Shown here: in pieces, positions 23,405-34,900 of the stretch
How the letters are laid out: each line of letters opens with the position of its first letter
Numbering within the stretch: position 1 is the stretch's first letter
From: Cyanophora paradoxa CCMP329
Taxonomy: Eukaryota > Plantae > Glaucophyta
Reading direction: 5' to 3'
NCBI GenBank assembly: GCA_004431415.1
Contig: QPMI01000449.1
Location: forward strand, 124,001-188,000
DNA length: 64,000 nt
Notes under the pieces: model-generated
Databases searched by the model: none
Seen by the model: the letters and a program-made list of their open reading frames with translations, nothing else
What the model was told of the DNA's origin: nothing
Position numbers and translations under genes: made by a program

Positions 23405-26400
23405 ATGGCGACGCGCAAGCCGCCGTGGGCGGTGGCGTTGCTCATTGCTGCGCTGGCCCTGCTGGTGCGAGCGCTCGCCGGCCGCGGACGCCGGAGCCCT
23501 GACCGCCGCGCTCGCAGGTCGTGTCGTCGCACTCGCACGGCGACGTCTACGAGTTCACCCACGAGGAGGAGGCGCTCACGCACCAGCAGATCGTCGAACG
23601 GCTCGCGACCTTCGGGAAGACCTTCGCCCGGGCGTCGGCGGAGCGCTTGAAAGGGGCGCAGTCGCCTTCCTCGGCGGTCAAGGAGGTCCTGAACCGCATG
23701 AATGGGCCGCTGACGGACGAGTTCAGGTGCCGCCCGCGCGGCGCGGCCCCCTGCAGCCCGCCGATGCGCGGCCGCAGGTGGGCGCAGTCCGGCACGGTGG
23801 CGCGGTACATCGGCGTGGAGCAGACGAACGCCATCACTGTGCCCATCACGATCAACATCGCGTTCGCCGGCTTCCAGGGCGACGGCGGCTACTGTGCGCC
23901 CGCGCCGCGCCGTGCCGCGCCGCTGCCCTCCGCTCCGCGCAGCCCGCGAGAGACCGCCTTCGCAGCGCTGAACGTCACTCTTGAGGACCTGGAGCCCTGG
24001 TTCGAGCACGTGGACCACGTCCTGCCGCACGCGAACGCGGCCGAGGGCGGCGCGCCGCTCGCGGAGCCCGAGACCGCCGTCATGTACTCGTACACGTACA
24101 ACATCTTCCAGCTCGCGCCGGAGGCCTCCGCCGCCTTCCACTCGCTAGTCTGCCGCTCCCTGCGCCCCGTCGACCCGACCGGCCGGTGCGCGGCGCGGCG
24201 CGCCCGCTCCGCCTGCCCGCCCGCGCGCCCTCCCCTGAAAGATGGACCGCGGCGGCACAGGAGCCAGAACACAGACCAGCACGCGGACGTGAGGCGCGTG
24301 GACGCGGCGCTTGGGCTGCTGGTCGAGCGGCTGAACCTCACGCGCGGCGCCTACGCCCTGCTGGTCCTCAACCCGCGGGACCCCTCCGGCACCCGCGAGC
24401 GCTACGGCTACCGGTGCGGCCTCGTACCCCCCGTCGGCTCCTGTTTCCTGTACCCCCGGCCGACTCTTTCTCCCCCCAGGTACGGCTTCTCGGAGGCGGA
24501 GCTGGAGGTGCTGCGGGGGATACCGGATTTGCGGCAAATGGCGAGCCAGCGGCAGCACGAGATCGTAGCGCGGCGGGAGGCGGCGACGAGCTTCGCCGCC
24601 CGGCGCGCCGCCGGCGGCTCCTCGGTACCCCTCGAGGAGGAGCTGGTGATGCCCCCCGCTGGCCCGGCCCCCGGCCCCGCCCCCGGGCCCGGCTCCAAGA
24701 CGCCCGCTGAGAAGGCCGCGGAGGAGGCCGCACGGCGCAAGGCCGTCTGGGAGGGTACGCCTTCTGCTCTGGACGATTCCCCGTACCCCGCTGAAGCCGC
24801 GGCGGCAGCCTCGAAGCGGTGGGCGGAGGACCTGACGAGGGGCGAGGGCCTGGGCGAGGTGGGGGGGCAGAAGAAGGAGGGGGGTACCGGGCAACCGTCC
24901 CCGGCCGAGGCGCTGGCGGCGGGCATGCTGCGGTCGGACCCGCCGCTCGGCGCGTGGGCCGGGGCCCGCCCGCACGATTCGGAGGCGGACGCGCTGTACG
25001 CGGGGCGCGCCATCGCGGGGGGCGCCCCCGCGCAGCCCTGCGCCACCGACCTCTGGGTCTCCGACCGGTGCGACGCCTACGAAGCCACTTAGGCCTTCTT
25101 CGGCTAAACCTCGCTCATAACGTCTAGCTACGAAGCCTAAGAAGCCATAACGCCGCCTACGAAGCCACTTAGGCCTAAGCGCACGTAACGTCTAGCTATG
25201 AAGCCGCTCCCTCGACCGAGCATCCGACCCCCACTAGTGGCCTTCTAGTGGCCCCCCGCAAAGCCACTAGAAACCTCTCTTCAGCCAGCCTTCAGCTTCG
25301 CATAATGACGTTCTCCTGACTCGGGCGGGGCAGGTACGCGTGGGTGGACCTGAGCGCGGGCCCCTTCGCGTGGGGCCCGACGGTGGGCGGCGAGGGCGTC
25401 CGCTCGGCGGCCTCCCTGCCCCGCGCCTCCGCCGCCTACGACGACCCCGAGGTGAGCCGGCGTCTTAGAGGCCGAGACGAGCCTAAAAATAGGCTAGAAT
25501 CCCATCAGAAGACCTTAAAAGAAGCTGAGACAATCTTAGAGGGCCATGTCCTAGAGGCCGAGGCGATCCTAGAACGAGAGGCCTAGAGAGATGGGACGAT
25601 TCTAGAGGGCCTAGAGTAGGTTAGGGCCGAGGGCCCGGCGCCGACGAGGCGAGTCGGCAGCGACCTAGAAGGGGGGTAGAATGAAGGGGGGGCTTGCCTT
25701 GAAGTGAGGGGCAGGGACGAGTCCAGCGAACGCGGAGTTGAAGTCTCCCTCTAGGCCTAGCCTCTAGCCGCCGCCCACGGCTAGAGGGAAGCCAGGGACC
25801 CTTTCAAGGGCGAGCCAAGGGGAGCTTAGAGCAGGCGAAGAAGAAAAGCCCAAGGCCATCTAAGGAGTTAGAGCAGAGGCCTCTCGACTTTCGGCCCTCG
25901 CTCCGCCCTTCTATCTTTAGATTCTCACCGCGTCCCCGCCCTTCCCCGCCGCCCGCCGCCAGGTGCTGGTGGCGCGGAGCAAGGAGGCCTCGGAGCGGCT
26001 GGCGGGAATGGCCCCCGGCGAGGCCGGCGCCGCCTCCCAGGAGCGCGAGGTCCTCTCCCTCTTCCTCCACCGCTTCTGCCAGGCGCTCCTTTCCTTTCCT
26101 TTCCTTTCCTTTTCTCTTGTTTTCGTTCCTTTTTGACGCGCCGCAGGACGAGCGGGAGGCGGCGGGGCGGCCCCTCTGCGGCGAGATCGCCTCGCGCCTC
26201 GCCTCCCTCGACTCGGGTTCGAATCCGCCCTGAGCCCTTTTCCTTCCGATCTTCTCAGACCGGCCGCAGGGGCGCCAGCGGAGGGCGCGGGGAAGGAGGG
26301 GAAGGCTGGAGCGGGCAGCCTGCTGGAGTCCGTCACGGGCTCCCATTCCGGCGAGGTGCGCGGCACTTGGAACGGGGGGGGGGGTTCCCTTTCCAAACCG

Positions 26401-28754
26401 CTGTGCCGCCCCCGCCTGACGGCTCGCCAGGGATCGATCTCGGAGGCGCTCGGCGGCTTCCTCGCGCACCTCGCCGCCTCCGTCTCCTCGTGCGCCGTAC
26501 CCCCGGCAGAAGGCGGCTATTTTTGGCTCAGCGGGCGGCCGCGGCAGGTTCGTGCGGCACGTGGCTACCCCTCCGAGCGCGCCGCACCCCCTACCCCCCG
26601 CCGAGCGCCTCCTCTTCCACCTCTACGTCCTCGCCCCCCACGACGTGCGCCCGTACCCCCCGCCCGCTCGCCCCCATCCCTCATCAACGTACCCCCGCCG
26701 CAGCGCTTCGACCCGCTGGGCGTCGACGGGTTCGACGTAGAGGCCTTCGTGCGCAATCCGGCGCTGTACCCCCTCGAGGGGGTACGGGTCCCTGACGCGG
26801 ATTCCACGTACCCCTCTGCAGAAGGCGGCCCTGCTCCGCGTTCAGCTTCCCCATCAGAACTTCCTCTTCGCCCTTCACCGGTACCCCGCCCGTGCCATGT
26901 CCGATTCTGAACGCCCGCCGGCCTGATCCCGTACCCCCCAGGGTCAAATCGACCGACGATCCCGAGCTGTGGGCGGCTGCCGCTGGCTCCCTCCGCCCCG
27001 CCGTCGTCCCCACCCTCACGTCCGACGGCAAGTTCGAGGCGCGTACCCCCAGCTTCATCCCGGTACCCCCGGCTCCCGTGCTGAGGCTGTACCCTCTCAG
27101 GCGAGCCGCCGGGTGTTCGTGGATTCCCTTCTCCTGCGGGACCGCCTGCGCTCCCTCTCCTCCCGCCTCCACGACGGGCCGAGTGCGCCCCGCCGGGATT
27201 CGAACCCGGAACGGGAGAATGGTTTCCTGCGAGCTGAGGCCTCTCGTCCGCAGAGGACCCGCTGACGGGCGGGGCCGGCCCCCACGCCCACGCCTCCGCC
27301 GCCGAGGCCGCCCGCCCCCGCTCCCGAGAGGTGCGCGCGCGACTCGTATACCCCTACTCAGAGCTCCGGTCCGGGTCGAGCGTGTACCCCCAGATCCCGA
27401 TCTTCCTCCTCTCCCTCGACCACGAGCTACCCGTCCTCATCGATCGGTTCGCCCCCCCCCCTCCCCCCGCTTGCATTCTTTCGTACCCCGTGACCTCTGG
27501 CGGGGGTACAGGGAGTACCAGGCAAAGGCCCTCGAGGATATGGTGGTCATCGTGCAGTCCCCTCATCCCCGGTGATCCAGTACCCCGAAATCGGATCCGT
27601 ACCCCCTCACTCCGGCCGCAGCTTCGCGGGCGGCCTCTCTTGCGATGGCGCACCCGTACTCTCCGACCTGCGGTACCCCGTCTCTCTTTTGTATTTTCGG
27701 CGGCGTACCCCCCTCACATCCCCGCAGGAGCCCAGTCCGCGCCGCTGTGATGGCGACCCTGGGGCTCGTCGGCGGCCTCGTACCCCCCCACATCGCTCAC
27801 AGCGGCGCCCTCCTCCGTCCCGTCCACGTGCGCCCGCGGTGCCCCCAGGATAGCCGTACCCCACCTGAATCCTGTACCCAGGACTGGACGTGGACAGCCG
27901 GCTGGGGCCCGGGCGCCTGCGTCGCCTCGCCCCCGCACGGCTCCCTCGCCGCGGGCCCCACGGGCTTCCAGGTTCGAATCCGCGCGGTGCCTTTTCTTTC
28001 TCGGGCGCCGATTCTTCTCTTTCTGGGCAGGTGGACGCGGCGCACCGGGCGGGGGTCGCCTGGGCCCTGGATCGCTCCCTCCGCCTCCTGAACGAGGGCG
28101 TGAACCTCCTCTCCTCCCCCGACGCCGCCGCCCGTGCGCGCCCCGGCCCCAGGCCCCGCCTCCTCCTCCTCTTGAGCCTCGCCCTCTTTCGGCGCAGGCG
28201 CCGAGAACCACGCGCTCTCCGGTACCCTCCCCCTCGAGAACGCGTCACTCGCCTACATTGAGGCGACCCTCGCCTGGGCCCGCGTGCGCCGTACCCCCCC
28301 CCCCAGGAATCGCCACCGTACCCCTTCTCGCTCTGACTCGGTACCCCCGTCAGATTCTCCCCTCCGTCGAGCGGCACGACTTCGCGGCGGCCTCCTCGGA
28401 GCTGCCGGGCCTCCTCGTGCACGCCGAGCGGTACCCCCCCGGCCTCGCTCGACCGAGGCCTCCCGCCAAGGGCGCCGGTTGCGACGGCGTCGCAGGTTCC
28501 GGGCTCTCTCCGATGAGATCGTGGCTGCCATGCGCCCCTTCGCCTGCCGCAGGCCCGAGCCGGTGCGGGCGGCCGATCTCAAAAGTGGAACGCTTTCAAA
28601 CTCTTCGCAGGCGCGGGGCCCGCTGGCGAGGTGGGCCGCGGAGGCGCTCGTGGCGGCCGGCGTCGCGGCGGCGGGCGCGGCGGCCCTCGGGCTCGGCTTC
28701 GGCCTCTGGTGGCTACTCGCGCGGCCAGCGAGGCCCAAGCCCAAGATCAACTGA
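23405..28754 (+). CDS. KNS3 / At4g16180-family ER type I membrane protein, multi-exon
   Basis: Signal peptide; VPITINIAFAGFQGDGG; LEPWFEHVDHVLPH; WVDLSAGPFAWGPTVGGEGVRS; IPIFLLSLD; YQAKALEDMVVIVQS; LGLVGGLVPPH; C-terminal TM ending RPKPKIN. Confidence 0.8.
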
Positions 28755-28954
28755 GCCCCGGGGCCCTGCGCGTGCCGCCCTCTGTTATGTTGCGTCAACT
28801 CTCTGTCGTCGTCGGGCTGTTTGGGGGTTTTGAGGCTCGTGCTGTTTGAGCTGTTGAGTCTGTACATGTGACCGCCCTCTCGCCGGCTCGTTTGCAACAA
28901 GGCTTAAACAAGCACGCACATGTTTTTTTCTCGTATTCCGAGTTAGAGAATTGA

Positions 28955-31900
28955 ATGAGAGCCCGGGTCACCGGGTCGAATCCCATTCGGGCGCCTTTCA
29001 CCGTCTGAGCGCGTCACGATCTCCGCACGGACGCGCCCCAGCGGGGTCTCGCCCAGCAACCGGTGTCTCTTCACGGTGAACGTGTCAACCAGCTCGTTTC
29101 GGCATCGCTGGGCGACTTTGGTCGATTCGCGTGCCCGACAACGCGATTCGCAGCTGCAGGAGGCGCAGCGGCACACGATCGCTGCATGCGACGCCAGCGC
29201 GGTTCTTAAGCGAACAAGATCGACCCCGCGCTCTCGGCAAGTGCCTCGTTCAAACTTGGAGCTTTGCGGTGCGATCCCAGGAGGTGCTGACAGGTTAGTC
29301 ACTTCCCGCCGAGCTCCTTGAGAACTTCGGAACAGCTTTTGAGACCGGGCCTGCTTTGGATTCGCCTCGCCTCGCAGATCAATTGCGGCGGCAGCTGGCC
29401 ATTGGGTGTGCGGCTTCCTACTCGTGCGAGCTGCAGAGTAGCAGCTGTCTGGTGCAGCCCGCTGGTGCAGCTGCAAGCGTGCCAGTCGCGGGCTGAGCGT
29501 CTCTGGGCAGGGATCCCTTAGCACGGTCAAGTCCGTTGCAACGCTCGATCCCGAGCCCGCAGGCCGTCGATCGCTTCATCAACAGCACACGTGGGTAGAT
29601 GGACAACGTGCGCCCCCGGTCGCGGCCCGCCAGAGCTGCCGCGGCCGTCCGCCCGCTGATCATGAAGTTCGAACGTGCAGCTCGTGGAACGGAAGTTCCG
29701 CCACGTCCGCCTCGACGTGTTCCGGGCGGAGCTGTACCTTCGCTCCTTCCGCGCACGGCTGGTGAGCGACTTTCCCACGCTCTTACGCAGTAGTGCATGT
29801 GCTCCCCCCGCTGACCCCAGCTCGTTCGCAGCTCTACTGGGACTTGATCTGGCACGTTTGCTTCACGGCTCTCTTCATCGGGCTGATCCTTGTCATCCTC
29901 CCCGCCGATACAGCGAACCAGGTCCGCCGGCCGCGGCCCCGCGCGCTCCCCGCACCGCCTTCGGCCGCACTGCGCCTCGTGACCGGCCTATCACGCAGCA
30001 CGCGACACAGCTGGCGGGGGAGGGAGCCCTGCTGAACATCATCCAGCTCGGGAGCGACGAATCTGCTTTCCTCGCCATCAACACGGTTCGCCGCCGCCCC
30101 GCCGCTCGCCCCTGCGCGCGGCCCTGACCGTCGGACGTTTGCCCCGGCGGCGCAGCACGGGGACTTCTACAGGTGGATCCGTGAGAAGCTTCTGCCCCTT
30201 CTCGAGCCCGGCAGCACGCTAGCGGGATACATGTGAGTCGCGCCTCCCCGCCCCTTCCCTTCGACCCCCCGTCCTGCTTCCCCCCCCCCCCCCCTCCGCC
30301 CCCGCCGCCCCTCCCCACACCCCCAACCCCCCCACCCCGCTCTCATCCCCCCCCCCCTCCCCGTTGCCGCCCTCATCAACCCCCCCCCTTCCCTCCGCAC
30401 CCCTCCCTCCTCCTCCCTCCCCACTCCCCCTCCCCCCCTCCGCTCACCCCCACGTCCCATCCCCGGCCGTCATCCCCCCTTTCCCATCCGCACCCCTGCC
30501 CACTCTTCCTTCCCCTCCCCATCCGACCCTCGCACCCACCCCTAACCCCCCCTCCTGCCTCTCCTCCCCCCATCCTTCACTTCCCCTCCGCACTATTTTT
30601 TCTGACTCTTGAGGCCATGCAGGCGGCCGGTCGGCCTCCTTCGCATCCGCCAGGTACGCTCGTCCGCAGCTCTCGGCCCCTCCACGAATCCTCGCTGTCG
30701 CCTCGAGCGCCTTCGCGTGCGATTTACGACTCACATGGTCTTAGGTTCGGGTCGTCCCGAAGGCGAGCTGCGACTCGTTTCCGGAGCTGTTAGTGCCGGC
30801 GATCTTCCAGCTCAATGCGTGCGCGCGCGCGTTCGTTTGAAAACGACGTAGCTTGCATTCATGCCGGATATATATGACTGCTGCAGAAAATGCTACCCCC
30901 CGTACGACGCGAACGGTCTGGACGAGCGCGCGCCCCTCATCGGTCGTGCCACCGGAAAGGTTTACGAGTGGGCGGTCCGACCTTTCGCTTCTGCTCCGTA
31001 TGCATCAAAGCGTTGCTCGCTCACGCACACTGCGCAGCCCGAGCGGGCGACGCTGTTCGGCTCGTACACGTACTGGAGCACGTGGCCCTCGTACGGCAAA
31101 GGCGGCTACGGCGTGAACCTCGACCCGCGCGACCTCCCCGCGGCCCGCGCGCAGGTCCGGAATCGTGCACGCTCCTATCTCTAGCTCTCGCATGCGCGTT
31201 CGAATTCGTTCTCGGCCCGCTCTGACTCGCGATCGGTGCGCAGATCGCTGAACTGGATAGGGACGGATTCCTTGACGGTGCGTGGGGCTGCCGGTCCGCG
31301 ATCGCTGGCCCTCACGCTTCGCGTTTCTTCGCTCAGAGTCGACGCGCGCCGTCGCTGTGAACATGGCTTTCTACAATAGGCACACCAGGGTCTACATCGC
31401 GGTCGATGTTGGTCCGCCTGTTCCCCAATCGATAACTGTGAATGTTCCTGTTGATCACTTTTAATGATCATGATGTCGTTCGACTTGCAGGTGTCGAGAC
31501 CTCCCAGCCGGGGCTTTTCGTGAGCTTCTACCACGTCCGGCCGATCAGACTGCAGGTCCTAGAAGACACGGTGCGCACGCCGTGCTCGACGCGATGCCTT
31601 GCGTTGCGAGATTAATATTAGACTGAGACAAACGCCGTGGAACCGCGCGCGCAGAGCACCACCGCGTTCTGCGTCGTGATCGTCGTCGGGATCGTTATCT
31701 TCGGTCCGCCTGGACCCTGCCCGTGCCTTCTCGTCTCGCTGCTAACTTTTCCGCTGCGCAGCCGCCTCCGAGCTCTGGCAGTTCCTGCGGTCTCTGCACA
31801 GCAACTACGGGCGCGCCTACTTCAGCGACGCCTGGACCTGGATCGAGGTGCGCGCACGCCAAACAATTGAAACGCTGAGTGCATCTGGCCGGCTGGCCAT

Positions 31901-34900
31901 GGGCATCGAAGCTGACTTCAAATTTGCTTTCCGCTTCAGCTTGCGATCATAGCGATCTTCATCGTCATCATTTGCTACACTGCAGATTTTGTGGTGAGCC
32001 TCTCAATATCGATCGCATTTCGATAGAAGCATGGGGGCTCGCTATCCGCAACAGATCAAAATTCGATCTGATTTCGCCTGCAGAACGAGAGTCGGTACGT
32101 CCGGGACGCGCTGGTCGCCGATCCCGTGGGGCGGTACATCGATTTCCAGCAGCTGCGCCGCGTGTCCGAGGTGCGCAAGGCCGACGGGCGACCACCCAAA
32201 GAGCTCTTGCGAATCCCTTGAGCTGTCTCTGAGTGTTCTCTGGCGAACAGGTCCTCACGGACGTAGTGGGCATCAACATCCTCCTCCTCATCCTCCGCAG
32301 CTTCAAATTCCTCCGGCTGAACTCAAAGCTCTCCATCGTGTGGTGCGCATTTGCCTCCATTCATTCTTTCCAAAGGGTTGTATGCAATATTAATCGATGC
32401 CGTCTCAGGAAAACGTTGAGCCTGGCAAAGCTCGACCTGCTCTCCTTCATTTCCATCTCCGTTGTCGTGTTCGCCGCGTACGCGTTCACGGTGAGTTCGC
32501 ACAGATCTAAGTCTCCAGCGCGAGCTGTGGCTGACATGGCAAATAGGGGTACGTCGTCTTCGGGTACCAGGTTCAACGGGTGAGCGAAACAATCTGAATT
32601 CGAAACCTGTAGCTGTGTTGACTATTGACACGCAGTATCGAAACTTCACCGCTTCTTTCGCCTCGCTCTTCCGCTTCATTACGGGGTACATGTTTGTGCT
32701 CCTCCCTGTAATCTCGGCTTGACAGGGCCGATCGCGCGCAACAGAGACTCGAACTACGATGAAATCCAGGAGTCGAGCCCGTTCACCGTGCGCCTCTGCG
32801 CTAGCTCGTATATATTACGAGTTCTTGATTTCCTTCTTTTCGCAGGGCTACGTGTTTTACACGACGTGCGCTGCTTTGTCAACTCGAATGACGCCCACTG
32901 CGGCGCGCGTGCACGCACGCGCGTAATCGTGACCGGCGTGCTCGTCGACTTTGCGCAGATTCGTGCTATTCGTCGCTCTTGTGCTGATCAACATCTTCAT
33001 CGCCATCGTCGTGCGTCGTGCCATCATCGGTCGTTCTGCATTTTCGGCTCAGCGTTCTGCGCAGAACAAGTTCTACGAAGCAGCGTCGCATGCGGAAAAG
33101 GCCATGGCGCTCCAGGAAGACGAGCTTTTGTGCGCGTTTGTCTTTCGAACTCGTTAATCGATGCAGGGCGTCTGATCGCCGGCGGCGGCAGGGGCGAGAA
33201 GCGTATGTGGGACTTCCGACGGCTGCTTCCCTCGCCGCTCGGGGAGAAGTACGAGTGCTTCGCGAAGAGGGACGACGAACACCCGGGCGGAGGGTCGACT
33301 CCACCTAGAATCGCGGTGCGCCCGACGAATTCCTTTGAAGCGTTCCAAGAGCTCGAGCCCGCACAAAAGCTGATCAAGTCTTTCCTTTTCAGCTTTGGAT
33401 CGAGAAGCGGAAGCACCAGAAGGAAGAGAAAGGATGCGAGTGTATTCCGAAGGGAGCGTTAAACTACCTTCTCAAGTGCGTTGCTCTGAAACTTGCTTTT
33501 GGATATATTCACTTTTCTATAAATCAAAGTTGGATGCGCATGCATGCTCGCGCTATGTCGCTCGTCATTGCTGATCGCTCGGGCAATACCAGGGGACGCG
33601 ATGAGTCGGTGCGATTTCTCCTGCGCACTATCGAAGAGGTCTGCCTCGCTGTGATTCGCTTTCTGCGCTTCCCTTGACGAACCGAATATTGAAACAGAAT
33701 GGGGATCTGCTCCTCGAGGCACCGGTGCGAGAGCTCTAGCCCATACGTACCGGGAGCTGTGGCTTCTGTCTTGACATTTCTGCGCGCGCATAGAGCTCGG
33801 ATCCGGAGTCGTCGGGCAATGCAGGGAACGTGAGGCTGAAAATCCGTGAGGTTCGATACTTTCTATTCTAGGGTTGTCTTAAGCTTTTTTCATGCTTTCG
33901 CGGTCCTCGTGATCAACGAGCACTGCGGCCTCCGGTCTGCCTATGCAGATTGGCAGCAACAAGTGCGGGAGGTTTATATTGCTGGACTTTAAATCTTCCG
34001 CGGCGGCTCAGAAACTCTTGGTAAGTACAAACGCTTATCCGCGCGTCGCGGTCATCAGAATCGATGAATCATTAAAATCGCACCGCAGAACTGCGCTTTC
34101 CTGAGTGTCCGAATGCCCGCTTTCGGCGCATGGGTGAAGGTGCGCATCCCCGTGAACTTATTTCACAAACCAAATTCACGGACGTGCTTTTATGACCAGT
34201 GCACGTCCGCTGAGAAACTTGCAGGTCATCGCGAATATTATGATGCCTGAGTACACGCGTTATTCGAGGTACCAGGCGCTTTTAAGCAAGCGAAAGCCGA
34301 TTTATCATTACGGAGCTCGCAGAGCGAGAGCTTTCCTGGAAAGTGGCGAGAATCAGAGCTGGTCGCTTGGAGGAATGTGAGCTCGTAGCGCTGACGTTTT
34401 GAACAACTCATGTGCAGCGGTAAACGCATTAATATTATACCATCGCGCAGGTGGTACCGCTGGTTCTACCGCGGAATTCTATCCGAAGTCGAGGTGAGAT
34501 CGCGATCGGTAGTTACAGCGTTCTCGATCGCGAATGACGCAGACGTGATTTCTCGGTTCGATCTTCCGCACTTCAGATCAACAAAGAAATTCGGAATCTC
34601 GCCGTGGAAGCCCGGCAGCGTCGCAGCAACAACTTGATCGGCGCGGTACGCGCACGCGTGCGGAGACAAGCGATGGCGACTCGCGCCGCGCATTAAACAT
34701 CATTTATGGCGCAGGACGAGGAGCTCCTGCAATCGTTCAGGCTCGAAGACTTCCTACAGCAGCTCCGCTTGGTATGATCGTCTCGCTTGCGCTCGGGTTC
34801 CGCGCACGCTGCAGCCCGCGGCCGCTTGTCTGATCGTGAGTTCGGCGACCTACGCGTGACGCAGCTTGACGAGAGTCTGAAGCAGGAGGGTGGGACGCCA

